Source of the DNA: Dipteris shenzhenensis
Taxonomy: Eukaryota
Direction: 5' to 3' (one strand)
DNA length: 64,000 nucleotides
Assembly: GCA_047967505.1 (NCBI GenBank)
Contig: CM106538.1
Shown: piece after piece, positions 26,200 through 37,999 of the stretch
How positions within the stretch are numbered: position 1 is the stretch's first letter
How the letters are laid out: each line of letters starts with the position of its first letter
Made by a program: the position numbers and the translations under genes
Notes under the pieces: generated by a model
Seen by the model: the letters and a program-made list of their open reading frames with translations, nothing else
Told to the model about the DNA's origin: nothing
Database searches by the model: none

Positions 26200-29100
26200 G
26201 TAGGAGATAGGGCTTGTCCTGGACAATGCTCTCTGGCTGCCATGAGTTCTCATCCTTAGGGAGTCCCTGCCACTTGATAAGATACTCGGTGTAGACTTTG
26301 TTTTGGAGTATGTGATCCCTGAAACTCATGATGCGCTTTGGAACATTGAGTATGTGGCCCTCCTCATCTATAGGTGGTAGCTCAGGAAGGACTTGGACAT
26401 GCTGTCTGACATGTTATGAATCCTGAAGGTCCTGGGTAGCTCCAACTCATACGCCACCTCACCAACTTTGCAGATGATCCTGTAGGGACCGTAATACCTG
26501 TGAGCAAGCTTCGTATTGGTGATACCATTCAGCAAGGCATAACGGTTCTTATGGAGGTGCAAGTGCACATAATCCCCTTCTTCGAAAGACAGATACCTCC
26601 TGTTTTCATTCGCATACTTCTTTTGCTTGGCTTGGGCATCCTGCATATTCTTTTTAGCCAATTGCAGAAGGGCATCCATACTCTCCAAGTCATTTCTTGC
26701 TTGCTGTTTTTTCACAGCCATGTCTGCAACTAAAGATGGCATACCCACTGTGCATCCATACATAGCCTTGAATGGGCTCATGCCAATAAAGATGTGCTTG
26801 GTACTGTTGTAACAAAATTCAGCAAGTGCCAACCACTTATCCCAAGACTTCAGTGTGTCATGACAGAAATGCCTCAAATACTCTTCCAGCCATTTGTTCA
26901 CCCTTTCTGACTGTCCATTCGTCTCAGGGTGGTAAGCAGTGCTAGGTGTAAGAGAAGTACCCACTGCTGTAAATAATTCCTGCCAAAAGTGACAGGGTGG
27001 TAAGCAGTGCTAGGTGTAAGAGAAGTACCCACTGCTGTAAATAATTCCTGCCAAAAGTGACCCATAAAATTTGCATCTCTGTCGCTGACAATCTCCCAAG
27101 GGAAACCATGATGCTTAAAAACATGCTCGATGAACTGCCAAGCAACCTGTGATGCTGAATAACGGGTCTTAGTGGGTATGAAATGGGCTTGCTTTGTCAT
27201 TCTGTCAACCACCACAAAAATGCTATCCCATCCCCGCTCTGTGGAAGGCAACCCTGTGATGAAATCCATAGCAATATGAGTCCATTTGCTTTCTGGAATA
27301 GGTAATGGCTGCAAGAGACCCACGGGTAATCGGCTGTCCACTTTATTTTGTTGGCAGGGCAAACATTCACTGACAAATTTAACTACATCCCGCCACAAGC
27401 CATCCTAGATAAAGCTCTGTTTGACCTTTTTATATGTCTTAGTAATACCTGCATGTCCTGCCATAGGAGATGAGTGCATTTCCTGTAAGACCAGCAGTCG
27501 GTGCTTTGAATTTGGCACTAAATAAATTCTGTCCTTGCACCACAACAGCCCATTATGCAGCTTAAATTCAGCATGCCCCTCGCTCGATGGCCTCTGTAAC
27601 TCCGCATATATGGAAGCTGCCTTAGAATCCTGCATGTATTCTTCCTGAATACCATGAATCCACTCCTGGTAGATGGTAGAAATGGCAGACAAATTGCAAG
27701 CCCACATACGGGATAAGGCATGTGCAACCACGTTTTCTTTCCCTTTTTTGTACTCGATGTCGAAATCATAAGACTAAACCTTAGCCAGCCACCTCTTCTG
27801 CTTCATTGACAAGTTGGGCTGCGTAAGGAAATACTTGAGTGTCCTATGATCTGTCTTCACCTTGATTTGGCTACTGTACAGGTAGTGGTGCCATTTTTCG
27901 AAAGCATGGAGGATAGCCAACATTTCCTGATCATACACATGATAATCTAGTTCCTTGGCATCCAATTTCCTACTTTCAAAAGCAATTACCCCGTGTTCCT
28001 GTCTCAGCACAGCCCCTAATCCTTTGCCACTGGCATCTGCCTCCACAATGAAAGTACGTGAAAAATCAGGGCATACCAACACAGGAGCATGAGTGAGGGC
28101 GAATTTCAGGTCTTCAAAGCTGCGCTGTGCATCTATAGAGTGCATCTGTAGACCACATAAAAGCATCCTTCTTCAAAAGGTCTGTCAGAGGGGCTGCCCT
28201 CTTGGAAAACTTGCGAATAAAGCGCCTGTAGAAGGAAGCAAGACCTAGAAATCCCCTCAACTGAGTAGGGTTGCGTGGCTGCGGCCAATCCTCAATGCAT
28301 TTCACCTTTGCAGGATCCACTCGAATGCCATCCTTGCTCACAATGTGACCAAGATACTCAAACTCTTGTGCCATAATAGTGCATTTGCTGGCTTTAGTAT
28401 AAAGCTGATGCAACCTCAAAATTTCCAGCACTTGCTTGACATGTCTGATGTGCTCTAGCTTATCCTTGCTGTAAATGAGGATGTCATCAAAAAATACCAG
28501 CACATATTTGAAAAGGAGAGGCTGCAAAATCTTGTTCATGAGTGCCTAGAAGGTAGCTGGTGCATTGGTCAATCCAAAAGGCATCACCTTGAACTCATAC
28601 AGTCCCCTCTTTGTGCGAAAGGCTGTCTTGTGCTCATCCCCAGCTTTCATTCTAATTTGATGATAGCCACACCTCAAATCAATCTTAGTGAAAAACTGAG
28701 CTCTGTTGAGTTCATCCAACAGGTCATCTATCCTGGGGATTGGAAACCTGTTCTTGATGGTGACCTTATTCAAGTCTCTTTAGTCAATGCACATACGGTA
28801 AGAAACCAGGAGCACAGGAGATGCAAAAGGAGAAGTGCTATGAGTGATGAAACTCTTCTGAAGTAAGTCCCTCACGTGAGTTGCCACTTCCTCCCGTTCT
28901 ACCTTAGAGAGTCGGTATGGGGCCTTATTGATTGGTTCCAGGACTATGGCATGATCTACATCTTTCTCGGAGGCAACGGTGATGGCAAATCAGCAAACAC
29001 ATCTGCAAACTCTGAGAGCAATCTCTGAATATCACAATCATCAACACGAGGAGTGCTACCCTCCTTAGTTACTGACACATTTAATGCATATATGGCGCTG

Positions 29101-29430
29101 CCCCTCTTGAGCTCTCTAGCGAACTGCCTTGCTGAAATGACCTGCAATTTAGGAGCTGCAATGCCATGCAATGTAACTGATCCATCCCTGTGGACAAAGC
29201 TGAGTGTTAAGGCATTGAAATCCATGCTGATTTTGCCCAGTGATTGCAACCAATCACAGCCCAGGACAACATCTATTGGGCCCATGTCAAGTGCCAAGAG
29301 ATCACCTGCAAATGTATAGTCATCAGAGAACTTAATCCTTGCATCTTGGCAACAAGATCTACTGATCATATGCTGTCCATTAGCCACTTCTACTCTCAGC
29401 CCATGGTCTATCTCAGTAGCAATCAGTCCC
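26200..29430 (-). pseudogene. Element B pol (protease C-terminal part, RT, RNase H, integrase, chromodomain) with stops and frameshifts
   Basis: [19 protein letters not shown]...[42 protein letters not shown]...SDRD; GPYRI; YLIKWQG chromodomain near 26240-26290. Confidence 0.9.
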
Positions 29431-31504
29431 TATAGAATCCCGTAGGATAGAATAGATGCATCTTGCAAGAGGTGTGAGAGCACAATAAAAGCAATATGTT
29501 GTTCTCTATTATGGATTGTGAGAGAGAGGACTCTCTCTTATAGAAAGGGGGAGAAGGTAATACCTTCCCTACATAAGTGGCAATCAGCCCCTACATCAGT
29601 GGGAATCAATCCCTACATCAGTGGGATTGCCTTTGTCTTACATCATCACTTAGGTCACACACTAGACACATCATAGCACTTGATGTGCCTTTACAACACA
29701 CACAAACATACATGTGACTCCCCTAGATGCACACATGCACCATAGAGCAAGCCCTTGATCATACTTATCCCAACATACTCCCTCTCAAGGGGTTGCCTTT
29801 TGCAGTGTCAAGGATATATCTAGTCTCATAGTTTCTCATGCCATCTCATGGTGGTCAAGGAAAAATCTATGGCTAGGATCTCATGCTAGCAAGGGTTCCC
29901 AAGGGTATGAGGTTCACAGAAATGGGATAGACAAAACACATATCACATGGTCTACATCATATGGTGACCAGAGGTGATTTACATAACATATTCTTTTTGG
30001 AGTACTACTCCAGGCAGAGAACCTCTAAATTTGACCAAGTGATGATAAACAAAAAAGTGCTTAAAAAGCATAGTCTTCATTTTCTTCATTTGCTGATGGA
30101 GTTCTTCCTTCAGCCAGATTTGCTTTGTTGTTGAAGTAGTCCTTCTTCATAAGAAATGCTTGATTCTCTTTGTTGTTCTTCATGGAATATCACATTCCCT
30201 TTTCCAATTGTAGGCAAAGGAACAAGATATATTTGAAGCACTTCCCTTCATCAATGTGGTGAAAGTATGAGCCACTTAATCCCAAAGCTATGATAGCAAG
30301 AGCCTTCTTGTCTTTGATCAACCAATTAGCTTTTTCTTTTGTAGACTTCTTTCCATTCACAACATTCCATATCTTCTTTTTCATAAGCATAAACTCAGCT
30401 TTTGTTTGCCAAGTATGGAAACTAGTTCCATCAAACTTATCAGAAAAGGTCTTAGCTTCCATGGCAAGGTCTTACCCGAGGGCAGTGTCTAGTGCCTTAC
30501 AAGTGAAAATATGAGCAATAAAAAATATTCCTTCAAAGTACAAGCATTTAGTGTAGCAAAGGCTTGCAACCAAATTCCATACTACAAAACATAATGGAAA
30601 TGATGCTTTCACTTGCATGCTTCATAGAGGTGGCTAAATGAAAGTATTCCAAGCAAATCCAGGTATAGCAACTTAAAGGAAAGCTGTAGCCACAATTGTA
30701 CTGATGCTATTCAACACTTTAAAACATGAGAAATGCTAAAGTAGCATCTAACGTAGCATCAAACTCACAACATTGTCAAAACTGTCCAAAACAGAGACTA
30801 GAACTTGGAGGGTGCAATTCTCACAGCTCATAGCTCTATTCAAGGGGATTTTTATGCAGGAAGAAGGGCCTTATACTAGAGAAGGGCTACCAGCAAGGAG
30901 GGGCGAAATGTTGCGCCAGGTCGCCCTGTAGATACTTGAGAAAACCGACTGGTTTTTCGGCATTTTCTCCTCCATCTCTTGTCCAAACGAGCTCAGATTT
31001 CAACAGCAGCTTGCCCTCAGTGTCGTCCAGCACGGGCTCAGAGGAATTTGCAGATAGGTAAGTATAGAGGCAGCATTGCGCGAAAGTTCGTCAAGGAGTG
31101 TGAGTGTTGGCGTTGCGCGTACAGTTGAAATTTCTCTGAATGCTTGCAGCTGGAAGTTCGCCCATACGTGAGGAGTTTGCAGCTCAAAAGGGTTTGGGCA
31201 ATGGTCGCTTGAATGCAGAGAACAAAGCTCTCAAAGATTTGGGGAAGGAGGAAAATGGAGAAGATGAAGAAGTTTTGAGAAACTAGTAGTTTTATGCTAG
31301 AGATAGCATCTAATGCTAGACTAGGCTAGATCTAGAACCTAAAGCTCTGATACCAAGTGTAGAATCCCGTAGGATTTTTTTTTTCCGAAAAAACAGTTCT
31401 AATTATATTACTTCGAGAACAAGATACAAGAGGTCAGCTTATAGCTGACGGGCTGCGTACACAAACCGGACGCAGCCCAAAAGGTAGCATAATAAATCAT
31501 ACTC

Positions 31505-34500
31505 TCACGGAGGAATATGCTGAGTGTGAATGAACAGCCATCGGGGTGGTGAGTAGTGCCACCGAAGGCCCTGCGTAGTCTGCTCGAAGAAGAGGCTCTG
31601 TGAATCCCAAGCCTGGAGGAAGCGTCTCCGCTTCTCCTGACCAGCCCGGGAGTCTCCCTGAATCTGGTCCCACTGGCCTCTGAGGGTATGAATAATCTCA
31701 CTCCAAATCTCCGCCATGATCTGGGCAGTCGATAAGGAGGTGCCACCGAGGATCTGCGCGCAGCGCGAGGTCCAGATGTGCCATCCTGTAATGCTGCTGA
31801 TAATCTCCCAGACTGGCTGCCTCTCCCGAACTCCTATATCAGCCTCTGCTAGGTGCTGTGGGATACCCTCGAGCGGCCCCCACGTCCCCTGTGTGATAAG
31901 GAAAGTGGGGTCCTGCTGGCATGCCTCGAACAAGTGATGAAGACCAGGTGCGGTGCTGCACCAACAGAACGCGCCCCAAGTGATCACTCCTAGCTCTGGT
32001 GCTGCACGAGTAAGAAGCCCGAAAGTCCACCTCCACACTTCCTGGGCGCGCATGCAGCTCCACAGGCAGTGTTTTGGTGACTCCTCATCCGCATGGCAAA
32101 TCTGACAGCAACCGTCCTGGCCTATCTGCCTCAACCAGCTCCCCACTGGAAGACCTTTGTGGGTAAGAAGCCACAGGAAGTACGAGATCTTCCGCGGCCG
32201 CCAGCTCTCCCACAAGGCCTTCCAGAAAGCCTGCAAAAAGAACCTGGAGATACCCTGTGCGTACCAGCTAGGACGCTGGGTGGGGGGGCGGCTCTGCATC
32301 CTCCCGAGAATTCGCCTGCCCAGAGTCGTGCTGTAAGCGAAGAAGGAAGTCTGCCCCTGTCCTGTCACAATCTCTGGCCACCACCACTCTCCTGGGTCCC
32401 ACTCAAGCTCTGACAAGGCCCGCCCCTCCCAGAGCCAAAGACGCCAAAGCTGCAACTGGTCCTGCTCGATACTAGGGTCGGTATGCCAGACCTTCCCCAG
32501 AAGGCCTACGACCCTAACCCTCTGCCACGGTAGTAGGGGGTCAATGAGCGCATCCTCTCTCCTGAGTCGTCCGTCCCCTGAAACCGCGAAGAAGGCGATA
32601 GAGGAGTCATCCAAACGTCCTGCGACCACCAGTGGGATGCCACGGGGGGTGAACTGTCCCAGCCAGTGGGTGTCTCCAGGCATGAGGACCTGAGGCTCAG
32701 GTGGAGCCAACCAAGCGGCTGGGATCGCTCCGTCGATCTCCGTGCGTCTCGCCTGGACTCCGCGTGCACCTCCCGCTGCGTCTGCCAGATCGGCCATCTC
32801 CAGATGTCTGTACGTATCCCTCCAAACTCGAAGGGACCGGGCTGGCCCCCTCATCCAGCCGTCCCACCTGATATGTGATCTCTCCCCCAACTGAAGGCCC
32901 TCGGCGTCTCTGACCTGCCCATTCCAGACGAGCGGCTGGCGATCGATCTCCTCCTGACAGCTGGGCTGGGACTGAATGAGACTGAGACGGAGCCGCCTCC
33001 AAACCATGAGGAGGCTACGAACGAGTGGGGAGCGGGGCTGAGTGAGCGGGGCGGAAGTGAAGATCCACCTGAAGGACGGTAGCCACTCTCCACCTCGGCG
33101 CGGGACACAAGAGCCGACTCCCTGCTGGAGTAACATCTTCCACGTCTGCCCCCCTGGGGTCAAACCGCGGATGATAAGCTTGCCTAACAAGGCCTGACTC
33201 TGAAGCTCTGGATCAATGACCCCCAGACCCCCCTCCGCCTGCGGAAGAATGACTGTCTGCCAAGCAACCCTGGCTCTGGTATCTCTCTGCCCATCCTCCC
33301 CAGACCAAAGAAAGTTCCGAACCAACCTCCTGAGCTGTGCCACGCTGGATCTCGAGAAGCACCAACAGGAAGCCACATACCAAGCCGTGGCTAGAAGGAC
33401 CTGGTTAACTACTAAAGCACGACCTGCAAGGGACAGCTTAGCAGTGCTCCAGAAAGCCAGCTTCCGTCGGATGGAATCTAGCACCGGGAGAAACTGCTGA
33501 GCTGGCGTAATGTCTAGGCCAACCTGGAAGCCAAGGTATCTAGCTGTCTGACCACGTGGAATCCATCTGAAGCCCAGGAATCGCCCCCACTGAGAACACG
33601 CCCCCGGGTCTGTGAGAAAACCAACTGATTTGTTCCAGTTGATTTTCGCACCAGCGGCCGAGCAGAAAACCTCCAGGGCCATCCGCACCCTCTCTAGCAT
33701 CCTCTCATCGTCCTGGACATAAAGGGCTGTATCATCTGCGTACTCTGAGTCCAGAAGCTCCGTGTCCTCCCGGAGTGGAAGGCGAACACCCCTGAGCCCT
33801 GTGGACCTCGCCCGAAGGTAGTAAGTCATGGCCTCGGCGAAGAAGAGAAACAGATAAGGAGCCAGGGGACAACCCTGACGTACTGATCTCTCCAAGCTGA
33901 AACGCTCACCCATCCTGCCTCCAATGATGACTCTGCTAGACGCTGTCCTGTACAAAGCTGAGATACCCTGAATCCAGCCTGCCGGGAAACCTAGCCGCTC
34001 CAGAGTCCCCTCCAAAAAGGACCAATCCACGCGATCGTAGGCCTTCTCGAAGTCGAGAAGTAAAATGGCAAGGTGTGAACCGCTGTACTGAGCCCACTCC
34101 GCCGCCTCTGAAAAGGTGAAGACATTATCCAGGATACTGCGGTCCTGGACAAAGCCTGTCTGAGTGTCATGGACGAGGTCTGGGAGTAGAGGTCGAACTC
34201 TGGCACTGATCATCTTGGCGAGGATTTTGTAGGCAGTGGTAAGGAGAGTGATCGGACGCCACTGGCGGATCTCCTGTCTATCTCCTCCCTTCGGGATGAG
34301 GCAAATCAGTCCCGAGGAGAGGCTCTCTGGCATCTGACCGCTGCTGAAAATCCCCTGCAGAGCTGCAAGGAGGGGCTGATGGATCTGGTCCCAGAAGGAG
34401 GTGAAGAAAGCTCGGGATAGCCCATCCTCACCTGGGCATTTCTGCCCATCAATAGCCATCAAGGCCTCCAACATCTCATCCGCGGTGAACGGCGCCAACA

Positions 34501-35896
34501 AAGACGCCTGCATGCTGGGCTGGACCAGGGATGGAATGTGCCTCCACACCTCCTCACGGTCACGACTAGCACGAGGGGCAAGTGGCTCCTGCTGGAAGAG
34601 GGTCCTGTAGAAGTCAGTGGCCAACCCCATGACCTCCCCCGGGTCCGTAACAATGTGACCATCCGCTGTCCTGAGACTCCGTAGCTGATCACCTGCAGCT
34701 CTCTGGCCGTGTGTCCTGAAGAACTCCCTGCACATCCGGTCACCCTTCCGGGCCCAGAAGGAGAGAGAGGCGTGATAGGAGAACTCGGAGCGACGCTGGA
34801 GGGTCTCCTCCAAGAGGGCTCTGGCTCGAAGGGCCTGGATCCGAAGCTCCTCCGAGCCCGGGGAAGACTGCTGAAGTCGCTGAATGGAGGCGAGGTCCCT
34901 CCGAAGAGCTCTCTCTCTGCCCCACCAATCCTGTCGAACCTGTAGGGCTGCGAGCTGGCAGATCTGGCTGGACTCCTGCAGAGCCTGCGCGACCGAGTCT
35001 ACCAGATCCATGCCCTCCCCCCAGTCTCTGTCCCAAAGACTGCAAATGCTGCTACGGACGTCCACCCTCGAGAAGATGGAATCGGGAATCCTGCATGATC
35101 GGGAGGGGAGAGTCTGGGCTGCCGAATCTAATGAGAGGAGCACAGGCGCATGGTCGGATAGTGTCGTCCCTGGAACAATGCCCGCCTGGCCACCTCTGCT
35201 GATGGCCCAATCACTGACATAAAACCTATCAAGCCGCTCCAGGAGTCTGCCTCCTTCCCTGCGGAAGCCCCAAGAGAAGTCCAGGCTCCCGTGCCAACGC
35301 CGGAAGGACGGGTCTCTCCAACTGTCCCTCCCTCCTGTCGCGAAGATGAAAGAGTCCCAAGCTGACTGCTCTGCCTGAGCCATACCTGTGAACTCCGGAT
35401 CTCTACCCTGCTGGTCCTCCAAGGTCTCCAGGTTGTTGAAGTCTCCTCCAACAATCCAGGAATCCATGTCTGGAAGAATCCCTGTAAGTGTCCTCCAAAA
35501 GGTGGCTCTGCATCTGAGGTCTGTGGGAGCATAAATGTTGAGGATTCCTATCTTGGATCCCTCCAAATTCAGGCCTACCCAAAGGGCTCGGCCTGGGATC
35601 AACGTGCCGTGACCGAAAACTGACTGAGCTAACTGCTCGCACACGGAGGTACAGACCCCCCCGCTCCTCCCCTGTGCGCCGATCGAAGGCTCCCAATAAG
35701 TGTAGGAGCGTCCAGGGAGAACCTTCCCGCAGCTACGGGCATGAGCCGCAGAAAGCTTGTGCTCCTGGAGCAGCAGTACATCCAATCGACCAATCACTGC
35801 AGGCTGAAGTTCCTGACGCAAAATGAGCTTCCTGGGACCACGGGTACTCGAAGAGTGAAACCCGTTCACATTCCAGGAAACGAGGTGTAGGCTCAT
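31505..35896 (-). CDS. LINE ORF2: APE endonuclease, reverse transcriptase, zf-RVT (1463 aa, uninterrupted)
   Basis: SWNVNG, LLQEH, NIYAP, GGDFN, RLDRFY, SDHAPV; PGEDG, WRPITLL, LDFEKAYDRV, VRQGCPLAP, YADD; CQICHADEESPKHCLWSC. Confidence 0.96.
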   Translation of the reverse strand: MSLHLVSWNVNGFHSSSTRGPRKLILRQELQPAVIGRLDVLLLQEHKLSAAHARSCGKVLPGRSYTYWEPSIGAQGRSGGVCTSVCEQLAQSVFGHGTLIPGRALWVGLNLEGSKIGILNIYAPTDLRCRATFWRTLTGILPDMDSWIVGGDFNNLETLEDQQGRDPEFTGMAQAEQSAWDSFIFATGGRDSWRDPSFRRWHGSLDFSWGFRREGGRLLERLDRFYVSDWAISRGGQAGIVPGTTLSDHAPVLLSLDSAAQTLPSRSCRIPDSIFSRVDVRSSICSLWDRDWGEGMDLVDSVAQALQESSQICQLAALQVRQDWWGRERALRRDLASIQRLQQSSPGSEELRIQALRARALLEETLQRRSEFSYHASLSFWARKGDRMCREFFRTHGQRAAGDQLRSLRTADGHIVTDPGEVMGLATDFYRTLFQQEPLAPRASRDREEVWRHIPSLVQPSMQASLLAPFTADEMLEALMAIDGQKCPGEDGLSRAFFTSFWDQIHQPLLAALQGIFSSGQMPESLSSGLICLIPKGGDRQEIRQWRPITLLTTAYKILAKMISARVRPLLPDLVHDTQTGFVQDRSILDNVFTFSEAAEWAQYSGSHLAILLLDFEKAYDRVDWSFLEGTLERLGFPAGWIQGISALYRTASSRVIIGGRMGERFSLERSVRQGCPLAPYLFLFFAEAMTYYLRARSTGLRGVRLPLREDTELLDSEYADDTALYVQDDERMLERVRMALEVFCSAAGAKINWNKSVGFLTDPGACSQWGRFLGFRWIPRGQTARYLGFQVGLDITPAQQFLPVLDSIRRKLAFWSTAKLSLAGRALVVNQVLLATAWYVASCWCFSRSSVAQLRRLVRNFLWSGEDGQRDTRARVAWQTVILPQAEGGLGVIDPELQSQALLGKLIIRGLTPGGQTWKMLLQQGVGSCVPRRGGEWLPSFRWIFTSAPLTQPRSPLVRSLLMVWRRLRLSLIQSQPSCQEEIDRQPLVWNGQVRDAEGLQLGERSHIRWDGWMRGPARSLRVWRDTYRHLEMADLADAAGGARGVQARRTEIDGAIPAAWLAPPEPQVLMPGDTHWLGQFTPRGIPLVVAGRLDDSSIAFFAVSGDGRLRREDALIDPLLPWQRVRVVGLLGKVWHTDPSIEQDQLQLWRLWLWEGRALSELEWDPGEWWWPEIVTGQGQTSFFAYSTTLGRRILGRMQSRPPTQRPSWYAQGISRFFLQAFWKALWESWRPRKISYFLWLLTHKGLPVGSWLRQIGQDGCCQICHADEESPKHCLWSCMRAQEVWRWTFGLLTRAAPELGVITWGAFCWCSTAPGLHHLFEACQQDPTFLITQGTWGPLEGIPQHLAEADIGVRERQPVWEIISSITGWHIWTSRCAQILGGTSLSTAQIMAEIWSEIIHTLRGQWDQIQGDSRAGQEKRRRFLQAWDSQSLFFEQTTQGLRWHYSPPRWLFIHTQHIPP

Positions 35897-37945
35897 GGAG
35901 AGGGATGGGGGGCTGCGAACAGCTGTCTGCTCGCAGAAGAAGTCGAAGAAGAATCAGACAGATCGGAGTGGAGGCGCTGCCGCTTGTGAGAAGGTTTGGA
36001 GGGGGAGACGGGGTCGTCCTGCCCGTTCTTCAAAACCTTCAGCAAAGGCGAGAGGCCCCTAGTGCCATGAACAAATGCTTTCTCGAGCCAGCTCGAGATC
36101 TCTGAAGCAGTCATCCCGTAGAAGGTTCGGAGTTTCTGTTGGGACCAAGCTCTGACATCCTGGGGAAGAGGCCATGCCAGGGGGGGTCTGAGGATCACGA
36201 TCAATCGGAAACGTTTGGCAGCGCAACGCCACCGCAAGCGCACATCGCCCTCGGACCACTGAGTCTCGAGGAGCTGCCCACCGGACGGGCCTATCCAGGA
36301 GCAAATCTGGGCGTGTGTCTGCTCTCTGAGAGCCTCCCACACCGAGTCGTCTGTCCAGGTCTCGGTGCCATCGCTGAGGAACGTGAAGGCGAAGCTAGGG
36401 CCATCCCTGGGAGCCAAGGCACCAATCCTCCCATCCGCCCCTTTGCGGAGCATGAAGATACTAATGTCGAGACAAGCCGGGAAGGTCCCAAGGTCGGCCA
36501 CATCCAGGTAGTCCCAGGGGCCAGATCTGTAAAAGTCTCGAGGGAGCTCTCTCTCCTGGAGCTGAGACCCAGCTGAGTCTGCCACTGAGGGGCTAGCGGG
36601 AAGGGAAACCTGCTCCACTGGTGGTACAGACACCAGGTGTCCTGCAAGCGGGGGAGGAAGGGGAGGAGGCTGCGGGATAGGCGACTCGGGCTCCACGGAG
36701 GCGACTGGCGGAGAAGGTGGAGGAGGTGGAGCGGAGGCTGCACTCGGCTGGGAAGGCGACGGTGCAGCTAACTCTGTAGGAGGGGCGAGGGGAGCAGGGG
36801 GGGGAGGGGGATGGGGATGCATCTGGAACTGGGGCTGAGAGGGAGGGGGAGGGGGAGGGGACTGAGGAAAAGGAGGCGGGGGCTGAAACTGCGGGGCGGG
36901 CGAAGGGGGGGGAAACTGGGGAAACCGGGGAGAAGGCGGGGGGGTGGGGGAGAGGAGGATCTGAGGCTGTGGAGGGCGGGCTGCCGTCGAAGAAGAGGCT
37001 CTCCCAGGTCCCTGGGGCATCTGCCTGTCAGGCCTGTGGAGTGCTGCTGCAGGAATGGTGACCTCTGCCTCCTTGCCTTTATCCGAAATCTTCTTATTCT
37101 TTCCTCTTTTCCTTCGAACCTCGGTCCAACCGCCCACTACCTCTGGCCCAGGCTCCGACTGCCTCGGCTCCTCCTGACGTGGCTGTCCGGGGGGGGGAGG
37201 TGGGGGCGGAGGGGGCGGGGGCGGGGAGGGTCGAGACGAGCTGGCAAAGCGTGGACAAGCAGCCGCCAAGTGCCCAAAGCCATGGCACCGCAGGCACTGA
37301 CCTGGCTGTCCGGTGACTATCATGCTCTGGGTGATACTGTCGGCACCTGTAACGATCTCGATCACTGCAGGGAGAGTCGCAGGATCCGCCACAGCCACAC
37401 GGACTCGGGGAGCTCCTGCCGTGGTCACCGCATCGGCAAAGGTGTCGTGCATAACCCAGCCAAAATGGGAGCCCAAGTCCCTGACAATCGGCCGCAGCTC
37501 AGTAGCAAGCCCTGGAAAAACGAGTGTCACTGGGTGGCGAGGTATACGGAACCGAGTATCGAAATCCGCTGCGCTGAAACCACGGTACCACGGGACTATC
37601 ATGATGATCTTCCCATCCACCGATGTGGGGGAACCGGCAACCAGATTGCTCGCAGCTTTCTCACTGGAGAGTTTGAGCCAGAAGATGCCCCTTCCCATAA
37701 GGGCCACCTCCTCAATGTGGCCATCCTCTAGCAAGAGCCTCTAGCAAGAGAGTGGACTGGAGCCAGTCCCTGATGGTAGACCTGGAGGGGGAGTGTCCAA
37801 TGACTCTACCGTAAACAGAGGTACGAGCAAAGTCACTGGCTACCGCCTGAACACGGGATGATTGTTGCTCTGTCAGGATAACGCGGTAGGCATCTGGAGA
37901 GGGAGGGTCCGACTGGGCCTCCGGATCCGGGCTGGGGGCCGCCAT
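35893..37945 (-). pseudogene. LINE ORF1 (DUF4283/RRM-like region, CCHC knuckle, Pro-rich linker, C-terminal domain), frameshifted by a 13-bp duplication
   Basis: ATG at 37945 (MAAPSP...VYGRVIG...IRDWL) and the 613-aa ORF (MGRGIFWLKL, CLRCHGFGHLAAAC) join in frame if one copy of cctctagcaagag (37725-37737 / 37738-37750) is removed. Confidence 0.88.
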
Positions 37946-37999
37946 ACCGCCAAGACTAACTGCAAGCTTCCGATGAAGAAAAACAGGCTGCCACCCAAG

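Noticed and set aside
36811-37731. 306-aa Arg/Gly-rich + strand ORF
   Set aside because: Antisense shadow of the GC-rich LINE ORF1.
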